The notes under the pieces are model-generated. The model had not been told where the DNA came from, did no database searches, and saw only the letters and a list, made by a program, of their open reading frames with translations. Shown here in pieces: positions 17,126-26,252 of a stretch of 32,000 nt of DNA. Source of the stretch: Erysipelotrichaceae bacterium (GTDB taxonomy: Bacteria > Bacillota_I > Bacilli_A > Erysipelotrichales > Erysipelotrichaceae). Both the position numbers and the translations under genes were made by a program. Each line of letters starts with the position of its first letter. Positions within the stretch are counted from its first letter, which is position 1. The DNA lies in contig OY781039.1 in NCBI GenBank assembly GCA_963676105.1, positions 450,001 through 482,000 on the forward strand. Reading direction: 5' to 3'.

Positions 17126-17838
17126 TGCAACGATTTTTTATAGATCAAACATTAAGTGAATATGCTAAGTTACAATTAAGTAATGAAATCGAACATCAAT
17201 GTAAACGTGTCATGCGTTATCAAAGCAATCAGTTAGTAGAACTCGTTGATCCACATAAAACTTTAGCAATTGCTTCGTTGCATTTTGAAGATGAAGGGCT
17301 ATTTGCAAGAGTCGAAGAAATAATCGATGTTCAAGAGTCAGGACTTAAGATTGTTTTAATACAAGCACTCATTAAACGTGATAAATGGGAGCTAGCCTTA
17401 CAAAAAGCTACAGAACTTGGGGTTAGTGAGATTATTCCACTCATCACAAAGCGTAATGTGGTCAAGTGGTCAGAAAAAGATATTGCCCATAAGTTAGAAC
17501 GTGATAATAAAATTATCAAAGAGGCTGCAGAACAAAGTGAACGCTTAAGTATCCCATTATTACATGAACCAAAAAAGATTAGTGAATTGGTAGAATACAT
17601 GCAAGAAATGAATTTTGTAGCTTATGAAAACGAAGATAAAACCCAATTAAAACATAGTTTAGATGCTAAACAATCCTTTAGTGTTGTAATAGGACCTGAA
17701 GGTGGATTTACAGAAGAAGAAATTAAAGAATTGAATGAACTTGGCTTTAAATCAGTGGGTTTAGGTCCACGAATCTTGCGTGCAGAGACTGCGAGTTTAG
17801 TTGCGATAAATACGATACAGAATATAATTGAACCATGA
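17125..17838 (+). CDS. rsmE: 16S rRNA (uracil1498-N3)-methyltransferase
   Basis: 237 aa. MQRFFI start and GPEGGFTEEE SPOUT C-terminal motif. Confidence 0.9.
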   Translation: MQRFFIDQTLSEYAKLQLSNEIEHQCKRVMRYQSNQLVELVDPHKTLAIASLHFEDEGLFARVEEIIDVQESGLKIVLIQALIKRDKWELALQKATELGVSEIIPLITKRNVVKWSEKDIAHKLERDNKIIKEAAEQSERLSIPLLHEPKKISELVEYMQEMNFVAYENEDKTQLKHSLDAKQSFSVVIGPEGGFTEEEIKELNELGFKSVGLGPRILRAETASLVAINTIQNIIEP

Positions 17839-18602
17839 TTAAAATTTTTAAAACACTCCAAAAAAGCAATGGCTTAACCATTCAACATAAAACACTTAAA
17901 AGTCAGACAAATGAGATTGTCAAAGCTTTTAAACCTTTTAATATTGATTGTAAAGTAAAAACTGAATTAGATTATTTTGAAGCTTTAATTCAGTATCAAG
18001 CTTTGTTAAATAAACAAAAATTTGAAAAGCTTTATGAAGATCAACGTCATGAACTCTTTGAAATTTGGGACAATATGTCTTATCAAGAACGAAATAGACT
18101 TATTCAAATCAAATTAGATGAAGTTAAAGAAACGTGTAAATATTTTAAAACAAGTGAAGATAAAGTAATTTGGATTCCTTTTTTTGATACTTTATTAAAT
18201 GGTTTATATCACAATGACATTGCGATTTTTGAATTGCAACAATACTTTAAGTTGTATAAAGATTTTAAAGATAGAAGAGTAAGTATTAGAGAGTATGGTT
18301 TTTTACCTTATTCTTCTCAATTTATCGATGTACAAGTCATTTTAGAACGAAAAGATAGAATCTATTTTTATTATCACCCACTGGCTTCGATATTTGAATT
18401 AAATAGTACATTTGAACTTACACGAATTCCATTAGATTGTGATGCGTGTAAAATAACACCTTTTACCAAAGATTTATTACAGATCATTAACGCTTATCGA
18501 AGTGAAAACGTTAAAACATTCTTAGAAGCTTGCATTGAATCAAGTTTAATTTCTGAAAAAAGTAAAAAAGTGCTACAGAAACGTTTGAGTAAGGAAAAAT
18601 GA
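17835..18602 (+). CDS. Hypothetical protein (no family recognised)
   Basis: 255-aa ORF with ATGA overlaps at both ends (with rsmE and mtaB). K/E/F/Y-rich, with no TM segment or signal peptide and no motif I can name. Confidence 0.7.
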   Translation: MIKIFKTLQKSNGLTIQHKTLKSQTNEIVKAFKPFNIDCKVKTELDYFEALIQYQALLNKQKFEKLYEDQRHELFEIWDNMSYQERNRLIQIKLDEVKETCKYFKTSEDKVIWIPFFDTLLNGLYHNDIAIFELQQYFKLYKDFKDRRVSIREYGFLPYSSQFIDVQVILERKDRIYFYYHPLASIFELNSTFELTRIPLDCDACKITPFTKDLLQIINAYRSENVKTFLEACIESSLISEKSKKVLQKRLSKEK

Positions 18603-19864
18603 AAACATTTAGTATTTATACACTAGGTTGTAAAGTAAATGCATATGAAAGTGAATTTTATCGTCAATCAATGATTGAAGCTGGATTTAGTGAAGTTTTG
18701 CCTAAAGAACCAAGTGACATCGTGATTATTAATACCTGTACCGTAACCAATTCTGCTAGTTTTAAGTCTCGTCAAAGAATACATCAAGCTAAACGTTTAA
18801 ATCCAAATGCTTTTGTGGTCGTGGTGGGCTGTTATGTACAGGTTGCACACGAAACACTTAAAGAGAAATATGAGATTGATTTGTTAGTTGGGGCAAGTCA
18901 TAAAAAAGAACTTGTGCATTTGATCACTGAGAAGATTAAGCACGTTGATTATCAATATCCAAGTGGATTTGAAGCGATGAAGTTAAATGCTTTCTCTCAT
19001 CAAAAACGTGCTTATGTCAAAATACAAGATGGCTGTAATCAATTTTGTTCATACTGCATTATTCCTTTTGCGAGAGGCAGAGAGCGCTCATTACCTTTTG
19101 AAGAAGTTATTGAACAAGTAAAACAATTTAAAGATCATCATGAGATTGTTTTAACAGGCATTCATACAGGTCGTTATGGATTAGATATAAATCGTAGTTT
19201 AACTGAGCTTATCAAAACGATATTAAGTCAAACAAATGTCGAAAGAATTCGAATTTCTTCAATTGAGATAACTGAAATTGATGATGAACTCATTGAACTA
19301 ATGAAAACTGAAAAAAGAATGGCAAAACACTTACATATTCCACTTCAATCAGCTCATAATGATTTACTGAAGTCTATGAATCGACCATATACAATTGAAG
19401 AGTTTAAAGATCGTTGCGATTATATTAAGTCAGAAATTCCTGAAATGCATATTTCCACAGATTTTATTGTTGGTTTTCCAGGTGAAAGTGATGAAATATT
19501 TGAAGAAGAACTTGAAACGCTCAAAAACTTAAACCTTGGCTTTATGCATGTTTTTCCTTATTCAGAAAGAGAAAATACAAAAGCAATACACTTAAAAAAT
19601 AAAGTTCATGGAACTATTAAAAAACAACGTGTTTCACAACTCGTTGATTTAAGTGAAACTTTCCAAGAACAACATTTAAATTCATTAATCAATCAAAGTG
19701 TTGAAGTCTTATTTGAATCCTATGAGAATGGTTACTTATTTGGCTATACCGCAAATTATGAACCATGTGTATGTGAGGGTGGTGAGGACTTGATTAATCA
19801 ACTACACTCGTGTACTGTAAAATCAGCTCAACAACTACGATTATTGGGTGAACTAAATTTATGA
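18599..19864 (+). CDS. mtaB: Radical-SAM methylthiotransferase, MtaB (YqeV)-like tRNA modification enzyme
   Basis: 421 aa. UPF0004 N-domain (YTLGCKVNAYESE), radical-SAM CNQFCSYC, and a position after rsmE as in B. subtilis yqeU-yqeV. Confidence 0.88.
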   Translation: MKTFSIYTLGCKVNAYESEFYRQSMIEAGFSEVLPKEPSDIVIINTCTVTNSASFKSRQRIHQAKRLNPNAFVVVVGCYVQVAHETLKEKYEIDLLVGASHKKELVHLITEKIKHVDYQYPSGFEAMKLNAFSHQKRAYVKIQDGCNQFCSYCIIPFARGRERSLPFEEVIEQVKQFKDHHEIVLTGIHTGRYGLDINRSLTELIKTILSQTNVERIRISSIEITEIDDELIELMKTEKRMAKHLHIPLQSAHNDLLKSMNRPYTIEEFKDRCDYIKSEIPEMHISTDFIVGFPGESDEIFEEELETLKNLNLGFMHVFPYSERENTKAIHLKNKVHGTIKKQRVSQLVDLSETFQEQHLNSLINQSVEVLFESYENGYLFGYTANYEPCVCEGGEDLINQLHSCTVKSAQQLRLLGELNL

Positions 19865-21318
19865 AAACATTAAATCAACTCTTTTTAAATACATCAGACA
19901 TTCAAATCGAAAATCTAATGATTGATTCACGCAAATCAAGTCCTAATTCAATTTTTTATTGTATTAAAGGCATTGTGAATGATGGTCATAAGTTTGTATC
20001 ACAAGCGATTGAGAATGGCGCAAAAGTTATTGTGCACTCTGATGAGATTGATACAAGTAATAAAGATGTCATTTACATCAAGGTAAATGATGTTTTAGAC
20101 GCATTAAATGAAAGTGCAAAAATTTTCTACGATGATCCTGCAGATAAAATGATTTTATTTGGTGTAACAGGAACCAATGGTAAAAGCACAATAGCGAAAA
20201 CGATTAAAGAAATCTTTAATACTTATAAAAAAACAGGCTATAGTGGAACCATATCAATTGAATACGGTAAAAAGCTTGAAAAACCAAACTTTACCACCCC
20301 TGAAACGATTGAAATGTTAGATTTATTGAAGCGAATGTATGATCATAAGATGAAAGCAGCAGCACTCGAAGTATCTTCGCAAGGACTTGATCAAAAACGT
20401 GTAGACGCAGTTCATTTTGATGTAGCCATATTTACTAATTTAACACATGATCACTTAGACTATCATGGTTCGATGGAAAATTATTATATTGCGAAGAAAC
20501 AACTCTTTACATTGTTGAAAGATGATGCCGCAAGTATTATCAATATCGATGATGAATATGGTGAGCGTTTATATCATGAAGTTCACACAAAAAAGTTTAG
20601 TTATTCAATTGAAAAGGAAGCTGATTATCAAGCAATCGATATCGAATATTTTGCGACTCATACTAACTTTACACTAAAGTTAAATGATGAAAAGTATCAT
20701 ATTAAAACAAATTTTGTATCACAATTTAATTTATCAAATTTACTAGCGATTATAGCAGCATGTCATCAAGCAAAAATGCCACTTGATAAGATCCTTGCTC
20801 AACTTGATCATTTACCTCAGGTAGATGGTCGTATGAATGTTATTGATATGCACCAAGGTTTTAATTGTATTGTTGATTATGCACATACACCTGATGGTTT
20901 TGATAAGATTTATAAATTTGCGCAAACGATAACACCGATTAATAAAAAAATTATTACGGTCTTTGGGTCTGCTGGTAAGCGTGATTCCAAAAAACGATCA
21001 ATTCTAGGTGCAATTAGCGATGAATATACTGATATGATTATCTTAACGGAAGAAGATCCACGTAATGAATCGGCTTTAGATATTGCACATGAAATTGCGT
21101 CGGGTATTAAAAACACCCCATATTCAATTATATTAGACCGTTATGATGCGATTTATCAGGCATTGGAACTTGCCAACAGCAATGACACGGTTCTTGTCTT
21201 AGCCAAAGGTAATGAACAATATTTAGATCGTATGTTTGGTAAAGAATATTGGATGTCTGATGAAGCAGCTGTTAGAGAAATCTTAAGGCAAAAAGGAGAG
21301 TCAAATGAAACTCAATAA
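19861..21318 (+). CDS. murE: UDP-N-acetylmuramoyl-L-alanyl-D-glutamate ligase (MurE); amino-acid specificity unclear
   Basis: 485 aa. IDSRK start region, P-loop [17 protein letters not shown], and an EDPR motif (21052-21063) where meso-DAP enzymes have DNPR. Confidence 0.9.
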   Translation: MKTLNQLFLNTSDIQIENLMIDSRKSSPNSIFYCIKGIVNDGHKFVSQAIENGAKVIVHSDEIDTSNKDVIYIKVNDVLDALNESAKIFYDDPADKMILFGVTGTNGKSTIAKTIKEIFNTYKKTGYSGTISIEYGKKLEKPNFTTPETIEMLDLLKRMYDHKMKAAALEVSSQGLDQKRVDAVHFDVAIFTNLTHDHLDYHGSMENYYIAKKQLFTLLKDDAASIINIDDEYGERLYHEVHTKKFSYSIEKEADYQAIDIEYFATHTNFTLKLNDEKYHIKTNFVSQFNLSNLLAIIAACHQAKMPLDKILAQLDHLPQVDGRMNVIDMHQGFNCIVDYAHTPDGFDKIYKFAQTITPINKKIITVFGSAGKRDSKKRSILGAISDEYTDMIILTEEDPRNESALDIAHEIASGIKNTPYSIILDRYDAIYQALELANSNDTVLVLAKGNEQYLDRMFGKEYWMSDEAAVREILRQKGESNETQ

Positions 21319-21967
21319 AACAATCGATCACACACTACTTAAACAAGATGCAACGCATGATCAAATAGTAAAACTATGTGACGAAGCAAAAACTTATGAT
21401 TTTGCATCAGTTTGTATTAACCCAGGATGGATTGATATAGCTAAAAAGGCTTTAGAAGGCTCAGATGTCATGGTTTGTACTGTCATTGGTTTTCCGCTAG
21501 GTGCAACACTAACTAGCTCAAAAGCAGCTGAAACACAGTTTGCTTATGAAGCAGGTGCTGATGAATTTGATATGGTTATTAATATTGGTGCTTTAAAAGA
21601 TCATAATGATGAATATGTTATCAATGATATAAAAGCTGTTGTGGATGCAGCACATGGTAAAACCGTTAAAGTTATTATTGAAACCTGTTTATTAACTGAA
21701 GAAGAAAAAATACGCGCATGTGAATGTGTTGTAAAAGCTAAAGCTCATTTTGTGAAAACAAGTACTGGATTTTCTACAAGTGGTGCTACACTTGAAGATG
21801 TTATTTTGATGAAAAAGGCTGTCAATGGCCAAGCAAAAGTCAAAGCAGCGGGTGGTGTAAGAACGCCTGAAGACCTTATAAAATTCACTGAAGCCGGTGC
21901 AGATCGCATTGGTACAAGCAGTGGTGTTAAACTTTTACAAGGTTTAGACACAAACAGTTCATATTAA
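21305..21967 (+). CDS. deoC: Deoxyribose-phosphate aldolase
   Basis: 220 aa. IDHTLLK start, [10 protein letters not shown], and the Schiff-base lysine context FVKTSTGF. Overlaps murE by 14 nt. SD AAAGGAG. Confidence 0.95.
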   Translation: MKLNKTIDHTLLKQDATHDQIVKLCDEAKTYDFASVCINPGWIDIAKKALEGSDVMVCTVIGFPLGATLTSSKAAETQFAYEAGADEFDMVINIGALKDHNDEYVINDIKAVVDAAHGKTVKVIIETCLLTEEEKIRACECVVKAKAHFVKTSTGFSTSGATLEDVILMKKAVNGQAKVKAAGGVRTPEDLIKFTEAGADRIGTSSGVKLLQGLDTNSSY

Positions 21968-21968
21968 C

Positions 21969-21996
21969 TTGCATTCAAGCAAAAGTTTGTTATAAT
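21969..21996 (+). promoter_or_regulatory. Sigma-A promoter for rpsU
   Basis: -35 TTGCAT (21969-21974), 16-nt spacer, extended -10 TGTTATAAT (21988-21996). SD GAGGGGAGGG precedes ATG 22030. Confidence 0.6.
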
Positions 21997-22029
21997 TACA
22001 GTGCTCAAGTTAGAGGGGAGGGTAGAAAA

Positions 22030-22218
22030 ATGCCTAAAGTAGTTTTAAAAGAAAACGAAAACTTAGATGACGCACTTCGCCGTTTTAAACGTAGTGTTTC
22101 TAGAAATGGAACCCTCGCAGAAGCTAAGAAAAGAGAATATTACGTAAAGCCTGGAGTTAAGAAAAAACTTAAATCATTAGCTGCACGTAAAGCTCGTCGT
22201 AAAAAGTCTAGAAGATAA
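22030..22218 (+). CDS. rpsU: 30S ribosomal protein S21
   Basis: 62 aa. [21 protein letters not shown].. with a basic C-terminus. Confidence 0.97.
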   Translation: MPKVVLKENENLDDALRRFKRSVSRNGTLAEAKKREYYVKPGVKKKLKSLAARKARRKKSRR

Positions 22219-22240
22219 GCCATAATTAATGGCTTTTTTT
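22217..22240 (+). terminator. Rho-independent terminator after rpsU
   Basis: Stem aagccat/atggctt with an AT loop, followed by a run of T residues. Confidence 0.7.
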
Positions 22241-22288
22241 ATAGAATCAACGATAAATAGATTACAATTGAAGTAGAGGTAAAACTAT

Positions 22289-23236
22289 TTGACTGCACTA
22301 TCAACCCATCATTTTGAAAAACTAAGTTTAGATGAGAGCCAAATCTTATTTGGTGAACATGATAAAAACTTAAAACTCTTAAAACAATTCTTTAATATCG
22401 ATTTTGTTTTTAGAGATCAAGAATTACTCATCCTAAAGGATGAACATCAACAATCTGATTTACTCATACATTGTTTTGATTTATGTCTACAACACATACG
22501 CAATAACTCTTATTTAGATGAAAGAGATGTAATCTATATTGCGCAATCTTCAAAAGCAAAGATTGATGCCTTATTTGAAAGTCAAAAATATCCGATTGGC
22601 AAACGATTCAATGGAAAGCCTATTTATGCGAAAACTCTAGGACAAAAAAACTTCATTGAAGCTTTAAAAAAACATGAACTCGTCTTAAGTTCTGGTCCAG
22701 CTGGTACAGGTAAAACGTATTTATCTGTTGTTTATGCAGTATCTTGTTTAAAGAAAAATGAAATAAATAAAATTGTCTTAACGCGACCTGTGGTTGAAGC
22801 CGGTGAAAGTTTAGGCTTTCTACCTGGTGATTTAAAAGAAAAAATTGATCCATATTTAAGACCACTTTATGATTCGCTTTATGATTTATTGGGAACTGAG
22901 CAAGTCGATAAAATGATTGAGAAGGGTGTCATTGAAATTGCACCTCTTGCCTATATGCGTGGTCGAACCTTTGATGATGCTTATGTGATTTTAGATGAAG
23001 CTCAAAATACCACTAAAACGCAAATGCTTATGTTTCTAACGAGAATGGGCTTTAACACTCGTATGGTCATTACGGGAGATGAAAGTCAAGTTGACTTAAA
23101 ACAAGCTAGTGGTCTTGCCCATGCGAAACGGGTATTAAAAGATATTGACGATATTAAGTTTGTACAATTAAGTCGTATGGATATTGTAAGACATCCACTG
23201 GTTCAAAAAATTATAGAATCCTACGAAAAAGAATAA
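22289..23236 (+). CDS. phoH: PhoH-family ATPase
   Basis: 315 aa. TTG start with SD AGAGGT. Walker A GPAGTGKTY and ILDEAQN. Confidence 0.92.
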   Translation: MTALSTHHFEKLSLDESQILFGEHDKNLKLLKQFFNIDFVFRDQELLILKDEHQQSDLLIHCFDLCLQHIRNNSYLDERDVIYIAQSSKAKIDALFESQKYPIGKRFNGKPIYAKTLGQKNFIEALKKHELVLSSGPAGTGKTYLSVVYAVSCLKKNEINKIVLTRPVVEAGESLGFLPGDLKEKIDPYLRPLYDSLYDLLGTEQVDKMIEKGVIEIAPLAYMRGRTFDDAYVILDEAQNTTKTQMLMFLTRMGFNTRMVITGDESQVDLKQASGLAHAKRVLKDIDDIKFVQLSRMDIVRHPLVQKIIESYEKE

Positions 23237-23258
23237 AGGCTCATTTCTGAGCCTTTTT
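23235..23258. terminator. Bidirectional terminator between convergent phoH and the Na/Pi transporter gene
   Basis: 9-bp stem aaaggctca/tgagccttt with loop tttc, flanked by an A-run and a T-run. Confidence 0.75.
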
Positions 23259-23264
23259 CAATGA

Positions 23265-24953
23265 TTAGTTATTTTCTTCGATTTCATTCATGTTTTCATG
23301 CGTTCTATGAACACTAACAGATGTTTTAGCAATGTTTTCACAGTGATCACCAATACGTTCTAGTGTCCCTAGAATATCAACATAAACGGAACTACCAATG
23401 GCAGTGTTACATGTTTCATCACGCATACGATCGAAATGTCTTTGACGTGCTTTTGATTCAAGTAAATCTAAGTATGCTTCATCTTCTTTGATGGATTGTA
23501 GAAGGGAATGATCGCCTTCTGCAAACATTTTTAATGAACGAGTTAGCATATGTTCAACAAGTTCAAACATATTGTTCATATCATCTGCAGCATCTTTAGA
23601 GAAGACTTCTCTAGAATCATAGACCATATCGAAGAATTCACCTAAGTTAGTGGTTAAATCACCGATACGTTCTAAGTTTTTGATAACTTGTAAGTATGTA
23701 GAATGAGCTTCTATTTCATTATCATTTAGTTTTTGTTTAGAGATAACTAAGAGATAATCAGTAATCTTTGTATCGAAGTTATTGATAATTCCTTCAATAT
23801 CATTAATTTCTTTTAGATTTGCTTTACCTTCACGATTTAAGAAATTACGGGCAGTTACGAGGATTTCAAATGTGATATCACCCATTTTAAGCGTTGCTTC
23901 TTTAGAGATGTTTAAGGCAGCAGATGGAAGGTTGGTAGCTAAGTTATAATCAAAGTCCTCGGTATTAACACCAGTACGTTCTTGTTCTTCCCCACGAATA
24001 ACTTTTTTAATAATCCAAACCATTTGTTTAATAAATGGGAAGAAGACTAGCGTACCAATTAAGTTGAATATAATATGCGCAATCGCAATCTGCATCATTG
24101 ATTCTAAATGGAATGTAGTTGTTAAATAGTCCATTATCTGAAAGTAGAAAGGTAGCAAGACAAGCGCAATCGCTGTCATTAATAAGTTAAATAAAGTATG
24201 CACACCTGCGGCACGACGTGCTGCTAATGATCCACCAATCGCAGCTAATGCAGCAGTAATGGTTGTACCAATGTTTGAACCAAAGACAAATGGTAATGCT
24301 GCTTCGAAACTCATACCACCTGATTCATATATTTTTTGGACAATACCAATCATCGCAGATGATGATTGAATAACTGCAGTCATAAGTGATCCACCTATAA
24401 CACCTAAAATAGGTTGTGATGCGAATACATATGTTAAATCTTGGAATTCAGGAATATACTTCAACATCTTTAAGGCATCACCCATTAACATTAAGCCATA
24501 AAATAAAATCCCAAAACCTAAGACAATTTCACCAATATAGTGGTCTCTTTTGCGTTTTGCGAAAAGTAGAAGGAAAGTTCCTAAAAAGATAAAGTAGAGT
24601 GAATATTTTTCAACTTTTAAACCAACTAAAAAGGCGGTAACGGTTGTCCCAATATTGGCCCCTAAGATGATCCCAATCGTTTGATCTAAGCGCATTAATC
24701 CAGCTCTAACAAAACTAATGGTAATCGCTGTTGTAGCGGAAGAAGATTGGATAAAAATCGTGACAAGGGCACCTATAATTAATCCCATCCAAATTTTGGT
24801 TGTATATCTATCTATGATATCTTTTAATTTATCACCGGCTAAAGATTTTAAACCATCACCCATGAATTGGATGCCAAATAGAAATAATCCCAATCCACCT
24901 AAAATTTCTTGCCAACTTATGTCAGCAAATGTAGCTGTTGTTAATAAGTACAT
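23265..24953 (-). CDS. Na+/phosphate cotransporter (NptA/YjbB family) with C-terminal PhoU-like domain
   Basis: The track ORF extends to 24998, but ATG at 24953 (MYLLTT..) has AAGGTGG 7 nt upstream. Duplicated QSSSAT/QSSSAM transporter repeats. The C-terminal half has two ERIGD PhoU-type repeats. Confidence 0.9.
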   Translation of the reverse strand: MYLLTTATFADISWQEILGGLGLFLFGIQFMGDGLKSLAGDKLKDIIDRYTTKIWMGLIIGALVTIFIQSSSATTAITISFVRAGLMRLDQTIGIILGANIGTTVTAFLVGLKVEKYSLYFIFLGTFLLLFAKRKRDHYIGEIVLGFGILFYGLMLMGDALKMLKYIPEFQDLTYVFASQPILGVIGGSLMTAVIQSSSAMIGIVQKIYESGGMSFEAALPFVFGSNIGTTITAALAAIGGSLAARRAAGVHTLFNLLMTAIALVLLPFYFQIMDYLTTTFHLESMMQIAIAHIIFNLIGTLVFFPFIKQMVWIIKKVIRGEEQERTGVNTEDFDYNLATNLPSAALNISKEATLKMGDITFEILVTARNFLNREGKANLKEINDIEGIINNFDTKITDYLLVISKQKLNDNEIEAHSTYLQVIKNLERIGDLTTNLGEFFDMVYDSREVFSKDAADDMNNMFELVEHMLTRSLKMFAEGDHSLLQSIKEDEAYLDLLESKARQRHFDRMRDETCNTAIGSSVYVDILGTLERIGDHCENIAKTSVSVHRTHENMNEIEENN

Positions 24954-24979
24954 ATTTAACCACCTTATATTTCTTTTAC

Positions 24980-25008
24980 ATTGTAAAGTTATGTTCATAA
25001 AAAAACAA
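24980..25008 (-). promoter_or_regulatory. Putative sigma-A promoter for the Na/Pi transporter gene
   Basis: On the minus strand: -35 TTGTTT (25003-25008), 17-nt spacer, -10 TACAAT (24980-24985). Confidence 0.4.
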
Positions 25009-25024
25009 TGATAGATTAAGCATA

Positions 25025-25033
25025 TGGTATAAT
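25025..25033 (+). promoter_or_regulatory. Extended -10 promoter (TGGTATAAT) 11 nt upstream of the ybeY ATG
   Basis: This is the only promoter-like element in the 91-nt divergent gap. It is followed by TTATTTACTTT and then ATG 25045, with no SD. Confidence 0.5.
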
Positions 25034-25044
25034 TTATTTACTTT

Positions 25045-25497
25045 ATGAACTATAGTTTTATCAATCAAACAGACGAAAAATCTTGGAAAAATTACCGCAT
25101 TTTTGTGACCCAAGTTATGAAAGAAACGGCAAAGATTTTAAAGATAAAAAAACGTTTCCAATTTTCTATTATTCTTGTTGATTCAGATACGATTCAAGAA
25201 ATTAATAAAACCTATCGCAAAAAAGATCAAGTAACTGATGTTATTTCTTTTGCGTCAAATGATATTTTAGGATTTGAAATTAAAGAGAGTATTAACGAGT
25301 TAGGCGATATTTTTATTAATGTTGATCGCGTTCGATCACAAGCCATTGATTATGGTCATTCATTAAAAAGAGAGTTTAGTTTTTTAGTGACACACGGTTT
25401 ATTACATTTATTAGGATATGACCATATGAATAAAAGTGAAGAAGAAGAGATGTTTGCATTACAAGAGGAGATTTTGAGTGGGATCGCGAAGAGATAG
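25045..25497 (+). CDS. ybeY: rRNA maturation endoribonuclease YbeY
   Basis: 150 aa. TDVISF and zinc motif HGLLHLLGYDH. Confidence 0.95.
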   Translation: MNYSFINQTDEKSWKNYRIFVTQVMKETAKILKIKKRFQFSIILVDSDTIQEINKTYRKKDQVTDVISFASNDILGFEIKESINELGDIFINVDRVRSQAIDYGHSLKREFSFLVTHGLLHLLGYDHMNKSEEEEMFALQEEILSGIAKR

Positions 25498-25846
25498 TTT
25501 TTCAAAGAAATTTATAAAGAAATTTAGAGTGGCTTTTATTGGTCTTTATGAGGGGTTTACGACCGATATCAGTATTCAAATACAGTTTGGTATGGCATTA
25601 ATTGCTTTAGTGATTGCTTTTTATTTTCAGTTTACGTATATTGAATGGGCTATATGGCTTATATGTATTGGCCTAGTTATAACCTTTGAATATCTTAACT
25701 CTGCCTTTGAACAAATGTTGGATCGTTTTGATCCAACCTATCATGTCTTAACTAAGCGCGCAAAAGATTTAGGGGCTGCTTCAGTTTTAGTAAGTGCCAT
25801 CATAAGTGTTGTGATTGGATTAATTTTTATTTTCCACCATATATAG
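25478..25846 (+). CDS. dgkA: DgkA-family lipid kinase (diacylglycerol/undecaprenol kinase)
   Basis: 122 aa. GTG start with SD AGGAG 8 nt upstream. Three hydrophobic helices. EYLNSAFE motif. Position after ybeY. Confidence 0.88.
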   Translation: MGSRRDSFSKKFIKKFRVAFIGLYEGFTTDISIQIQFGMALIALVIAFYFQFTYIEWAIWLICIGLVITFEYLNSAFEQMLDRFDPTYHVLTKRAKDLGAASVLVSAIISVVIGLIFIFHHI

Positions 25847-25853
25847 GAGATTT

Positions 25854-26252
25854 ATGAAACAAGATGATTTATTAAAATACGCTTTCAAAGCGATGGATAA
25901 TGCTTATGCACCTTATTCAAATTATCATGTAGGTGCTTGTGTTGTGACTAAAGATGGTAAAACCTTTTTAGGAGCTAATATTGAAAACGCTTCTTATGGG
26001 GCAACCAATTGTGGTGAAAGATCAGCCATTTTTGCAGCTTATTCAAATGGTTATCGAAAAGAAGATATTGAAGCTTTAGCCATTGTAACGGATGGTGACA
26101 TCCTTGCAGGTCCTTGTGGAATTTGTCGTCAAGTTTTATCTGAACTATTAGAAGATGACACTCCTATTGTTTTATCGAATGGTAAAGAAACTGAAGTTAA
26201 AACAATTGATGAATTATTACCAATGCGTTTTACAAGTGAGGATTTAAAGTGA
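25854..26252 (+). CDS. cdd: Cytidine deaminase
   Basis: 132 aa. Zinc ligand motifs NCGERSA and PCGICRQ. Confidence 0.95.
   Translation: MKQDDLLKYAFKAMDNAYAPYSNYHVGACVVTKDGKTFLGANIENASYGATNCGERSAIFAAYSNGYRKEDIEALAIVTDGDILAGPCGICRQVLSELLEDDTPIVLSNGKETEVKTIDELLPMRFTSEDLK

Noticed and set aside
21968-21990. Possible terminator after deoC (ttgc..gcaa)
   Set aside because: The potential stem is only 4 bp with no T-run. The sequence is better explained as the -35 region of the rpsU promoter.
22241-22288. Promoter for phoH (TACAAT at 22263-22268 or TAGAAT at 22242-22247)
   Set aside because: Neither has a credible -35 or TG extension. A TSS after TACAAT would clip the SD of the TTG start, so this is too ambiguous to call.
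24954-24998. Upstream ATG (24998) for the Na/Pi transporter
   Set aside because: A strong SD (AAGGTGG) sits within the extension, 7 nt before ATG 24953. The predicted -10 (24980-24985) would lie inside the longer ORF.
24718-25011. 97-aa ORF antisense to the 5' part of the Na/Pi transporter gene
   Set aside because: It overlaps a well-supported CDS and its promoter region. No SD and no recognisable motif.
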